A stretch of 32,000 bases of DNA from an uncultured Candidatus Saccharibacteria bacterium (lineage in GTDB: Bacteria; Patescibacteriota; UBA1384; XYA2-FULL-43-10; 1-14-0-10-43-13), in NCBI GenBank assembly GCA_964543385.1, contig CAZIYE010000001.1, forward strand, positions 540,001 through 572,000. Reading direction: 5' to 3'. How positions within the stretch are numbered: position 1 is the first letter of the stretch; each line of letters begins with the position of its first letter. Position numbers and translations under genes: made by a program. Positions 7,633 to 16,250 of this stretch are shown here, in pieces. Below the pieces are notes generated by a model that saw only the letters and a program-made list of their open reading frames with translations, was not told the origin of the DNA and searched no databases.

Positions 7633-8915
7633 TATTTTAGATCCAGAGTTTTTACCATTTTACGGAGATGATTATTTTTTCTTCCACTTATTATTATAGT
7701 AGTTAGAGCGACAAGAAGTATCAAAATAACGCTGGTTAATATGATTGAGGCTATACGGAAATCGATTTTGTCATACCACTTTTTGACTTGTTCTTTTGCT
7801 TGTACAACAATAGGCTCTTTTGCATCATCAGCAGTTAATACGTTTATTACCCCACCCTTTTTCTGTGAAATTTCAAAATAAGTAGGATCACTTTCTGGAG
7901 TCAATATTTTTTCATTTTGACCCTGAACTGTGAGTTTGTAACGGCCGGCTTTGATAGGGAAGTCAATCAGTAGCGCAAATTTACCAGTTTCATCAGACTT
8001 TACTGACAGGGTTTTACCTTCAGGTAAGGTAATCGCTGGGTCAAGTTTGAGATTAGCAGTAAAATTCGGCTCGGTGATCCCTACTATTTTAAAGCCTGAG
8101 AAAGTACCATCTTCAATATTATTGATATAATCATCAGTCTTTGTAAATTCGATCCGACTAGGTTTCGCTAGCCCTTCTTGTATTTTTGGATCTGGTTCCT
8201 TGATTGTAACTTTAAAATGAGTTACAGGGCTCCAGCCATCGCTATTTTTGGCTTTAATATGGAAATAATAAGCTCCGATTGCTTTGCCATCATAAGTGAC
8301 AGTGGTATTGGCATCGATTACTGTCGATGGAGGAGTGGTATCAGCAACTTGATCAAGTAAATATGCAAACCCAGTTACATTGCTGGCTTTTGTCCAATTT
8401 AGAGTAATCGAGGTACCATCATAGGCAACGGCCTGATCGGGGTGGGTTGTGGAGGTAACTGCGGTAGCCCCAGGTAGTTCGAGTGCGCGCTGGATAGGGA
8501 AGGAGGCGCTGCCTCCGGATGTACCGAGAGTAGCTGACCCATTTTTAAGAACTACGTTAGAAACTGAGACTGACCCAGTACCAACCCCTGTGGCTTTTAA
8601 TTTGATAGTAGCTACAGTAAATGATGTTACCTTCTGACCAAGTAGGGCTCCGGAAAATGAGCCGTTGGCAGACGGTTGAGTTATCCAATTGGCGCTACCT
8701 GCTGAGAAAGAAACAACTGAAAGCGGTCCGGATACAGCAATCTTGCCTTGGAAGGCGTTGAATTCTCCGCCGCTCGCTACAATATTAGCAGTAAAAGTTT
8801 GCCCGACAGTCTTGCTTCCACCTCCACTGACTGATATTCCGGCAGCAAAGACATGACTTGGTAGGATAAGAGCCAACAAAGTAATAAATGCTAAAGTTGA
8901 TATTATTTTTTTCAT
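7632..8915 (-). CDS. Membrane-anchored surface protein with N-terminal cohesin-like domain
   Basis: Signal peptide MKKIISTLAFITLLALILPSHVFA. It is followed by a cohesin-like beta-sandwich pattern (GQTFTANIVASGG..FQGKIAVSGPLSVVSFSAG..FTVATIKLKATGVGTGSVSVSNVVL). Next come an FN3-like domain (THPDQ..YYFHIKAKNSDGWSP) and further beta domains. The protein ends in a C-terminal TM anchor. Confidence 0.65.
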   Translation of the reverse strand: MKKIISTLAFITLLALILPSHVFAAGISVSGGGSKTVGQTFTANIVASGGEFNAFQGKIAVSGPLSVVSFSAGSANWITQPSANGSFSGALLGQKVTSFTVATIKLKATGVGTGSVSVSNVVLKNGSATLGTSGGSASFPIQRALELPGATAVTSTTHPDQAVAYDGTSITLNWTKASNVTGFAYLLDQVADTTPPSTVIDANTTVTYDGKAIGAYYFHIKAKNSDGWSPVTHFKVTIKEPDPKIQEGLAKPSRIEFTKTDDYINNIEDGTFSGFKIVGITEPNFTANLKLDPAITLPEGKTLSVKSDETGKFALLIDFPIKAGRYKLTVQGQNEKILTPESDPTYFEISQKKGGVINVLTADDAKEPIVVQAKEQVKKWYDKIDFRIASIILTSVILILLVALTTIIISGRKNNHLRKMVKTLDLK

Positions 8916-8968
8916 ATTAGATCCCTTCTTTTATGTGTATTTTTGTTTTTATTTTATTACTGTAGACG

Positions 8969-10198
8969 CTATTTTCCCCAATTCTCTGCAAAGATAGCGA
9001 GATCTGTGATATCCACAACATTATTTCCATCTATATCAGTCATTGGCTCTGTAGGACCTTCTTTTCCCCAATTTTCTGCAAAGATAGCGAGATCTGTGAT
9101 ATCAACTACACCATCGTTGTTTATATCAGCAGTTTTGTGTCTTACTACGGTAATAGGTTTGATACCAACTTCAGCCCCAGCTTCATTCTTAAAAATAATA
9201 GCGGCGTTTGTGGTCCCAATTCCTGGCTCAAATGTTAGAGACCATGAAGTAGTATTTAAGTCTGCCAAAACAGCGTCTCCGTAGTAAGCTCTGGAAGTTA
9301 ATGTTTTCTCTCCTGTATAAGTAACTACTGCGCGGTAAGTACGTCCGTTGACAGGGACAATATCGTTAGAAAGAGGCGGCGGCGGAGGAGGTTCACCAGC
9401 TGCAGGATCGCCGAAATAACTGGAGAAAATATTATAAAAGCTTGTTTGGATATGTGGAGTGTAGAGATAAAGTATTCTACTGCCGGCAGTTTGGCACACA
9501 ACCGATTGACCATCGATAGTTGTAGGATCATAGTACTGTTGCCAATATCCGCCGGTACAATTTGATCCAGTGCCACCGATACAACGCCCACCATTTTTGT
9601 ATGAATTATATTTGCTCCCAAACCAGCCAATTGAGTATCCGAGCTGGCGCCCCATGCCACCAAAATCAAGCGAAATTTGGCGATATGCCGAATCGTTGCA
9701 ATTTACTCCGCTATTTAAACAACCTGCCATTGTCTCGTCATACATATAGAACATCGGCCATGTAGCTACTGTTGAACTTCTAAAAACATCTCCGGTGATA
9801 GCAGAACTTTCTTTTTGCAGTGTTGCTAGGACTACTCTAGGATTAATATTATGCTCAACAGCTTCATCATAAATCAACTGTGCTACAGTCTTGCCATAGA
9901 AGGCATTACCATTTATATCGTTTATCTGTCTGGAGGTCACAGTGCCAAATCCACCAGCGGCAAGAGGATACGGAACATCGATATATTCAGGAATAACGTA
10001 ATTAGCCAGCTTGCTGCCTTTAGAGACCAGGAAATCATTTATCGCCGTTGCTGTCATAGGGTTACTATTATTGGAAAAGTTATAATCGCTAATAATGTTG
10101 GCATTATCAAGAGTTGCCGATACTGAGCCGGGATTTAATCCAATAGCAAACACTATTGCCGATGTAAGAAATATTAATTTTGAAATCTTTGACTTCAT
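8969..10198 (-). CDS. Secreted protein: Cys-rich lysozyme-like(?) N-terminal domain, poly-Pro linker, beta domain, C-terminal type-I-like dockerin
   Basis: Signal peptide. The motif NPRVVLATLQKESS is reminiscent of the catalytic-Glu region of GH23/GH73 muramidases (tentative). A PPPPPP linker follows. The C-terminus has two EF-hand-like dockerin segments, DINNDGVVDITDLAIFAENWGK and DIDGNNVVDITDLAIFAENWGK. Confidence 0.65.
   Translation of the reverse strand: MKSKISKLIFLTSAIVFAIGLNPGSVSATLDNANIISDYNFSNNSNPMTATAINDFLVSKGSKLANYVIPEYIDVPYPLAAGGFGTVTSRQINDINGNAFYGKTVAQLIYDEAVEHNINPRVVLATLQKESSAITGDVFRSSTVATWPMFYMYDETMAGCLNSGVNCNDSAYRQISLDFGGMGRQLGYSIGWFGSKYNSYKNGGRCIGGTGSNCTGGYWQQYYDPTTIDGQSVVCQTAGSRILYLYTPHIQTSFYNIFSSYFGDPAAGEPPPPPPLSNDIVPVNGRTYRAVVTYTGEKTLTSRAYYGDAVLADLNTTSWSLTFEPGIGTTNAAIIFKNEAGAEVGIKPITVVRHKTADINNDGVVDITDLAIFAENWGKEGPTEPMTDIDGNNVVDITDLAIFAENWGK
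8972..9102. repeat. Two 41-nt near-identical direct repeats, period 90 nt (the two dockerin segments)
   Basis: 8972-9012 and 9062-9102 read ttttccccaatt(c/t)tctgcaaagatagcgagatctgtgatatc, with one mismatch. Confidence 0.9.
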
Positions 10199-10210
10199 TT
10201 CCCTCTGCTT

Positions 10211-10744
10211 TTATTGTGGTTGGCTGCCTATATAATCTTTTTGTAAGACATCCAACCTTGATTTTAAGAGATCACTCTCAGGATTAGCGGCAAGGCCGGC
10301 TTCCAACGTGCTTATAGCCTGATCTTTTTGTCCTAAATTGTATTGAGCCTGAGACTTGCGGTTGTAATAATCCGGGACCTTATTATCAATATTAATCGCT
10401 TGACTAAAGTTTTCTACGGCTTTGTCCCAACTCTTTTCGGTCATCAAGGTTTGTCCCTCACTGAAGTAATCATTTGCACTTTTTGTTTCTGGTATGGCAT
10501 CGATCTTTCCAGTATCTTGATTTGTTGATGGTACGTTATCGATAGCAGTTATAGTGCCAGGACTATTATCAATATTTGCCAAATCCTGTGTTTTTTGATC
10601 ATTCCTTTTATGGAGATACAAAAAGATTGCCAATACAATGAGTGAAATTACCAGAATAATAGTCAGAATAAGGATCAACCTTTTGGGACGACCTTTAAAA
10701 AAGTGACCGCTGGCATTTTTTATATCTGCTTGCTCTTTCATCAC
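10211..10744 (-). CDS. Membrane-anchored TPR-repeat protein
   Basis: 177-aa ORF with an N-terminal TM (LILILTIILVISLIVLAIFLYL). The C-terminal TPR-like repeats include WDKAVENFSQAINIDNKVPDYYNRKSQAQYNLGQKDQAISTLEAGLAANP. It is the first gene of the minus-strand operon. Confidence 0.7.
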   Translation of the reverse strand: MMKEQADIKNASGHFFKGRPKRLILILTIILVISLIVLAIFLYLHKRNDQKTQDLANIDNSPGTITAIDNVPSTNQDTGKIDAIPETKSANDYFSEGQTLMTEKSWDKAVENFSQAINIDNKVPDYYNRKSQAQYNLGQKDQAISTLEAGLAANPESDLLKSRLDVLQKDYIGSQPQ

Positions 10745-10791
10745 ACCTATATTTTATCATATAATAACAATAGATAAAGTGACACCTTGGT

Positions 10792-10855
10792 GTCATCCTG
10801 AACTTGATTCAGGACCAATTATCAATAAAAAGATTCCGGATCAAGTCCGGAATGA
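10792..10855. repeat. REP-like palindromic element pair (GTCAT-hairpin ... hairpin-ATGAC)
   Basis: GTCAT-CCTGAA-CTTGA-TTCAGG (10792-10815) and its inverted partner ATTCCGGA-TCAAG-TCCGGAAT-GAC (10832-10855). It is preceded by the palindrome GACACCttGGTGTC (10781-10794). Confidence 0.55.
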
Positions 10856-10872
10856 CAGAAACATAGGTATAA

Positions 10873-11568
10873 ATGGAAGAATTAAAGGCCAACAAAGGCA
10901 AAAAAATTGAAATAGAGATTGACGGAAAAACATATGCCAGATTTCCCATCTCTACGCATATTATTAAAATAAATGATCCCATTGTGGAGACTGTTAAATC
11001 TTATGTTGCTAAACATTTGAAACCAGGCGACATGATTTTTATTAGCGAAAAAATAATTGCTATTATGCAAGGTAGGTCATTCCCAATTTCTGAAATTAAA
11101 CCTTCTTTTTGGGCAAAAGCATTCTCAAAGTTTGTACTCAAAACTCCTTATGGTATTGGTCTTGGTAGTCCTTGGACAATGCAGCTAGCGATACAAGAAG
11201 CAGGGTTATTCAGAATTTTCTTAGGTGCCATTGCAGTAATAATAACCAAACCATTTGGCATCCGTGGAGTTTTCTATAAAGTTGTTGGCAAGAGAGTAAA
11301 TGCTATTGATGGGCCTTGCGAATATACGCTCCCACCGTATAACAAATATGCTAAACTGCCACCCAAAGACCCAGATAAAGTCGCCAGAGAAATCAAAGAT
11401 GTACTTGGGCACGAAGTAGTTATAATAGATGCGAATGATTTGGGAGTAGAAATCTTGGGTAAATCATCAAGTGGTATTGAAGATAGTTTTGCTAAAGCGG
11501 TTTTTCGAGATAATCCTCTCGGTCAGACCAACGAGCAGACTCCTATTTGTATTGTCCGTAAATCTTAA
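10873..11568 (+). CDS. CofE-like (F420-0:gamma-glutamyl ligase family fold) protein, function unknown here
   Basis: 231-aa ORF. LKPGDMIFISEKIIAIMQGR and VVIIDANDLG resemble the conserved blocks of the F420_ligase family. This is a by-eye assignment only. Confidence 0.45.
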   Translation: MEELKANKGKKIEIEIDGKTYARFPISTHIIKINDPIVETVKSYVAKHLKPGDMIFISEKIIAIMQGRSFPISEIKPSFWAKAFSKFVLKTPYGIGLGSPWTMQLAIQEAGLFRIFLGAIAVIITKPFGIRGVFYKVVGKRVNAIDGPCEYTLPPYNKYAKLPPKDPDKVAREIKDVLGHEVVIIDANDLGVEILGKSSSGIEDSFAKAVFRDNPLGQTNEQTPICIVRKS

Positions 11569-11586
11569 CAAAGCCATTGGAGGGCT

Positions 11587-13704
11587 GTGCGCAATATTGA
11601 TGGTATAAGGAAAAAAAGCACAAGATCTGCATGGAGAGAGGAAGAAAATCCTCATATTTTGCCGTTGGCAAAAGAAAATGCACCTCCTCGAGATAATCCA
11701 AAGATAATCATCCCTGTAGATATCGCAAAAGAGGATTATCAAAAACCGCCAGTCTCAGATAAGCCAATCTCCAATGGCAAAAAAGTTTGGAGAGCAGGTA
11801 CCGGTTTGTCGCAAAAAAACTTGATAATAGTTTTTCTGATTGCTTTGCTTTTATTTGGCGGTAAGACAGCCTTTTCCAGTGGCGAAAAAAAAGCCATTGC
11901 TTTGAAAAGGGAAATGGGTACGAAAATTGCAATTATTGAGAACAAAATATCAAAAGTCCAAAAAGAAGCTGCTAGCGGCAATATCTCCAATGCGGTTAAT
12001 GATCTGACAAATTTAAAAACAGACATTTTAGAATTAAAAATGTTTGCTCAATCATGGGGTCAGGATATAAAGTACTTTCAAATTTTAAATGCCAACACAG
12101 AACTAACTAAGAATGAAAAATTGCTGAGTACGGCCTATGAAGCCATTATGATTATTGATTCTCTTCCTGTTGATATGAAGAAACTAGAATCAACTTCATA
12201 TCTTAGTCAAGGTGATTCTATCGCCGATATCAAAGCATTTAGACTGGAGCTATCTAGAGTAATAGATAAATTCGATAGTTTCGCAGTTCGGGCTAGGGAT
12301 AATCTTCAAGGCATAAGCTATACCAAAAGTTTGCTCCCAAAAATTGATCAATTAATTAATAAAATTAATTATGCTAAGAAGATAGCCAATAATGATCTTT
12401 TTTGGCTTTCCGGAGAAGATGGTACAGATAAAAATATTTTGGTCATTTTCCAAAATAATCGTGAATTACGTGGTGGCAGTGGTGGCTCATTTGGTTCGTT
12501 TGGGGTTGCTAGAATCAAGGGGGGCAAATTGCAAAAAATTGATTTTGGCACAAATATATACAAGCTCGACAAAGCTTTTATGGAAAAGGAGCAGATAGCT
12601 TCTCCATCTGAGCTCGAGGCTTTTGGTGGTATTTGGAGCTTAAAGCATTCTGGATTTGCTGTTGATGGCGCCGAAGCACTAGACAAAATCCGTTGGTTCT
12701 ATGAAAAGGAAACCGGTGAGAAAGTTGACGGTGCTGTCACTATCGATACAGATACAATCGTATCTTTGCTTAGAGTAACTGGTCCAATCGACATGCCGGC
12801 ATATCAGAAGACCTTAAATGCTGACAATTTTGTTGATGAGACAATGGCTGAAGTTCAAAATGACTATTTCGAGCGCACTGGAGGCAAAGTAGAAAATGAA
12901 CCAAAGAAAATAATAGGAGATATGACTCCAATCTTCATCACAAAACTTACTGCTGCTCTCAATGACAAGCAAAAATCGTTGGAGATAGTAAACTCATTGA
13001 AGCAATCATTCGCACAGAAACACATATTGTTCAACTTTGCCAAGGAAGATTTACAGAAAGAAATGGTCGGTCTCAATCTAGCCGGAACAGTAAAGAATTC
13101 AATCGGGGACTATCTCTATATAAACAATTCAAACTTAGCCGGTGCTAAGACTAACCAAAATATGGTCGAAAATGTCATTCTGAATTCAGAAATATCTAAA
13201 GATGGTAAAATAACTAATAATCTCTCTCTAGAGAGAGTCCACACTGGAAAATCAAAAGCCCCTGATGGCTTGGACCGCAATTACGTTAGAATTTTGATCC
13301 CAAGTGACAGTAAGGTATTGTCATTTAATGCCAAGAAGGGAAATTTCCAGCGTTATTATGATCGAGGATTTAGAAATAGTCAGCCTTTTTGGACAGATAA
13401 AGAGGCTGGAAAGAGTAGCATAAATTTCTGGATGTCGACATTGCCTCAAAATTCAACTCAGGCGGAGATGAGTTACGAGCCCAATTATCACCTAGACCTT
13501 ACAAAAAGTTTTACCTATATTATGAATTTTCAGAGACAGCCTGGTGCACCGGCTGATAATATTGAGTTAAATTTGAGCTACCCTGAGGGTTTCCAGCCTA
13601 TAAATGTGGATAATCTGGGTCAGCTTGATAGCAAGATCAAACTTAAATTCAAAGTTGACACTGACAAAGAGATTAAAATAAAGTTTATTAAAACTACAAA
13701 GTAG
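11587..13704 (+). CDS. DUF4012-like membrane-anchored exported protein
   Basis: 705-aa ORF with a GTG start 3-4 nt after GGAGGG. It has a single N-terminal TM (LIIVFLIALLLFGG). The block ILVIFQNNRELRGGSGGSFGSFGVARIKGGKL resembles the DUF4012 signature (FQNNxExRxxGG). Confidence 0.6.
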   Translation: MRNIDGIRKKSTRSAWREEENPHILPLAKENAPPRDNPKIIIPVDIAKEDYQKPPVSDKPISNGKKVWRAGTGLSQKNLIIVFLIALLLFGGKTAFSSGEKKAIALKREMGTKIAIIENKISKVQKEAASGNISNAVNDLTNLKTDILELKMFAQSWGQDIKYFQILNANTELTKNEKLLSTAYEAIMIIDSLPVDMKKLESTSYLSQGDSIADIKAFRLELSRVIDKFDSFAVRARDNLQGISYTKSLLPKIDQLINKINYAKKIANNDLFWLSGEDGTDKNILVIFQNNRELRGGSGGSFGSFGVARIKGGKLQKIDFGTNIYKLDKAFMEKEQIASPSELEAFGGIWSLKHSGFAVDGAEALDKIRWFYEKETGEKVDGAVTIDTDTIVSLLRVTGPIDMPAYQKTLNADNFVDETMAEVQNDYFERTGGKVENEPKKIIGDMTPIFITKLTAALNDKQKSLEIVNSLKQSFAQKHILFNFAKEDLQKEMVGLNLAGTVKNSIGDYLYINNSNLAGAKTNQNMVENVILNSEISKDGKITNNLSLERVHTGKSKAPDGLDRNYVRILIPSDSKVLSFNAKKGNFQRYYDRGFRNSQPFWTDKEAGKSSINFWMSTLPQNSTQAEMSYEPNYHLDLTKSFTYIMNFQRQPGAPADNIELNLSYPEGFQPINVDNLGQLDSKIKLKFKVDTDKEIKIKFIKTTK

Positions 13705-13707
13705 ATT

Positions 13708-15012
13708 ATGTTAAAAAATATAGATCAAGCAATATTGTTGAAAAGTAGAGCATTACGTTGGATTTTGTTAATAATTATTGCCTATATTCCTTTTTACCGC
13801 TTTGTCCAAGCATTTCTTGAAAATCATACTCAGCTTTCTAGCGGGACAGTTTTTTGGCTCTCGCATTGGTATGAGCCAGCAATTGTCATTTTAATATTCT
13901 TCTATTTTGCCATTTACCTATTTAAGAAAGAGCGGAAAATTGGGGCTGATCTTGTCTTGGCACTCATATTATTAAGTATGGGCACTCTTTCTATTTTTCT
14001 AGGAACTAAAGGTATCAGTAGGGGGATAGAGGGTTTTCGTTTTGTTGTGTTGCCCGTAGCGATTTTTGCCACTGCCTATCTGGCTGGTTTTGATAAGAAT
14101 GCTCTCAAGAAATTTATTAATGTTTACATCGTAAGCGCTGTCATGATTGGCTTGTGGGCGTTGATTGAGCAAATCTTACCTTCAAATTATTGGTCACTTT
14201 GGGGTATCTTAAGCCCTAGTGCTTCGACATGGTTCGGTGCCCATACCGTTGATGGTATTAGACAAAGTGTATCTTTTATCGGCGGGCCCAATCAATTGGC
14301 TGCATATCTTCTGCCAGCATTTTTTATCTTGTTATCTAGTGGTAATGACATTACAAAGAAATTTCGTTGGGCACTGATCATCATTCTGGGAGCGGCTATA
14401 ATTTTGACTTTTTCACGCTCTGCATTTATCGGGTTGATTATTGGTCTTATTTTATTCTTTATCTTAAATAAGAGTAATTTCGTTCGCTGGTTTGGATTGG
14501 CTTCATTTGTATTAGTCTTTGTTGCTATGTTCTTTATTTACCAATTTGGTGGTCCAACGGTTAAGAGTGTTTTTACTCATGGGGCTTCACAATCAGGTCA
14601 TGCCTCGGCTCTGCAGGAATCGGTTTCAGAATTGAAATCAAGGACGTCTGATCTGCCAACTCTTATCTTCGGTTCTGGCTTGGGCAGTGCAGGGCCAGCC
14701 GCAATGAAATATGGCGATGGGATTATCTCGGAATCATGGTATTTAGAAATTATTTTAGAGCTCGGCCTTTTTGGTATTTTTATATGGCTGCTTTATTTCT
14801 TTTTTATCGCCAAAAAGACAATCAATTCGAATAGGGGATTATTTCTTGGTTTTATTTCCGTCGCAATCGCATCGTTATTTTTGCACACGCTCTCTGACAA
14901 TCCGGCTGGAACATTTATTCTATTTGCATTACTAGGCATAAACAACAGTTTATTATCAAAGGATAGCAAAAATATTCAAATAAAATTTGACCAAAGAACC
15001 GATAAAAGTTAG
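13708..15012 (+). CDS. O-antigen ligase/polymerase-like (Wzy_C family) membrane protein
   Basis: 434-aa polytopic ORF. Motifs FSRSAFIGLIIGLILFF and SESWYLEIILELGLFG match the family pattern (SRxA ... YLxxxxExGxxG). Confidence 0.7.
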   Translation: MLKNIDQAILLKSRALRWILLIIIAYIPFYRFVQAFLENHTQLSSGTVFWLSHWYEPAIVILIFFYFAIYLFKKERKIGADLVLALILLSMGTLSIFLGTKGISRGIEGFRFVVLPVAIFATAYLAGFDKNALKKFINVYIVSAVMIGLWALIEQILPSNYWSLWGILSPSASTWFGAHTVDGIRQSVSFIGGPNQLAAYLLPAFFILLSSGNDITKKFRWALIIILGAAIILTFSRSAFIGLIIGLILFFILNKSNFVRWFGLASFVLVFVAMFFIYQFGGPTVKSVFTHGASQSGHASALQESVSELKSRTSDLPTLIFGSGLGSAGPAAMKYGDGIISESWYLEIILELGLFGIFIWLLYFFFIAKKTINSNRGLFLGFISVAIASLFLHTLSDNPAGTFILFALLGINNSLLSKDSKNIQIKFDQRTDKS

Positions 15013-15044
15013 ATTTAAAAATAAATCATTATGGAAAGCCAAAA

Positions 15045-16250
15045 ATGAAACTTAATTCTCAAACAAGTATATTTTATCTTCTCTGCGTACTACTCATTTT
15101 TTTGCCATTAAGCTCATGGCTAGTCAGTTTGACCGGCTTGGCTTCTCTAACTTTAGTCAGGGATATCTTGATACTAATAATGGCTGCTTTGATAATTTTT
15201 AATTTTGACTGGAAAAAGATAAATAAGACAATTTTCTGGTTAGCACTCGCCTTTATAATTTGGGGAGTCCTATCATTCTTTTGGAGGGAAGCCAGTGCAA
15301 TGCAGTGGCTCAAAGGCTTCAGATTCACATTTCTACCAATTATTTTCTTCCTTTCCATCGCAAATTCTAAGCTGAGTGAAAGTCAGAAGAGTACTATTTA
15401 TAAGTTGATATTCGGCGGGGCAATAGTGATATTAATTCTGGCAGCCCTTTCCCTATTTGGAGTCAATGTCCCTCTCATTACCTCTTTCTCAAGTCAGGGC
15501 GCCTTGGAAAGCGTTCATTATGTTGGCGATAGTAGTATCCCAAGACTGCAATCAGTTCTCGCTGGCCCAAATGCACTCGGGCTTTATTTAATGGCAATAT
15601 TTGGCTTAGCAATTGGTCATTTAAAAAATAATAAACTTGCCAAATTTTTGCTTTTACCGATTATAATTATCCTTTTTCTAACATTTTCCAGAAGTGCTTT
15701 GATCGGTGCTTTTGTCTTGACTTTGGCAACAATATTCCTCTTTTTCAAAGAAAAGATTGGCGCTTGCAAATCGGCCATTATTATAGCCGTCATTTCAGTG
15801 GCGGTAGCTCTCGCCGGTTTCATAGCTTATAAGAGTCCTGCATTGCAAAATTATTTTACTCATGACAATTCCTCTTCGCTCAGATATGAACAATATCAGA
15901 GGATTTGGGATATAAAAGCTGAAATCGGCTTGTTTGGAAGAGGATCAGGTACGGCCGGACCTTCCTCTCAATCTCGTCTTGATAACGGCGAAAATCATTG
16001 GACTGAAAATATCTACTTAGATATATTTGAGGAGCTTGGGTTTATCGGTTTATTTTTATATTTAATTTTAATTGGCGCCCTAATCTTTTCAACTTATAAG
16101 CGGGGGAACAAGAGCGCATTCTTAATTTTGACCGCTTTTGCCGTCACTGGTATTTTTATCAACTATTACACTGGCCAAGTCGGTATTTTCCTGATGTGGC
16201 TGATGGCAGCTTTAGTTTTGAATAATGATAAAAAGGATATTAATGAATAA
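15045..16250 (+). CDS. O-antigen ligase/polymerase-like (Wzy_C family) membrane protein, tandem paralogue
   Basis: 401-aa polytopic ORF with motifs FSRSALIGAFVLTLATIF and HWTENIYLDIFEELGFIG. Confidence 0.7.
   Translation: MKLNSQTSIFYLLCVLLIFLPLSSWLVSLTGLASLTLVRDILILIMAALIIFNFDWKKINKTIFWLALAFIIWGVLSFFWREASAMQWLKGFRFTFLPIIFFLSIANSKLSESQKSTIYKLIFGGAIVILILAALSLFGVNVPLITSFSSQGALESVHYVGDSSIPRLQSVLAGPNALGLYLMAIFGLAIGHLKNNKLAKFLLLPIIIILFLTFSRSALIGAFVLTLATIFLFFKEKIGACKSAIIIAVISVAVALAGFIAYKSPALQNYFTHDNSSSLRYEQYQRIWDIKAEIGLFGRGSGTAGPSSQSRLDNGENHWTENIYLDIFEELGFIGLFLYLILIGALIFSTYKRGNKSAFLILTAFAVTGIFINYYTGQVGIFLMWLMAALVLNNDKKDINE

Noticed and set aside
8943-9284. 113-aa plus-strand ORF with internal repeat [16 protein letters not shown]
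   Set aside because: It is the antisense reading of the duplicated dockerin segments. The minus-strand gene has a signal peptide and recognisable domains.
16225-16242. Upstream ATG (16225) as the GT4 start
   Set aside because: It would overlap the preceding gene by 26 nt and lacks an SD. ATG 16243 has AAGGA at the proper distance.
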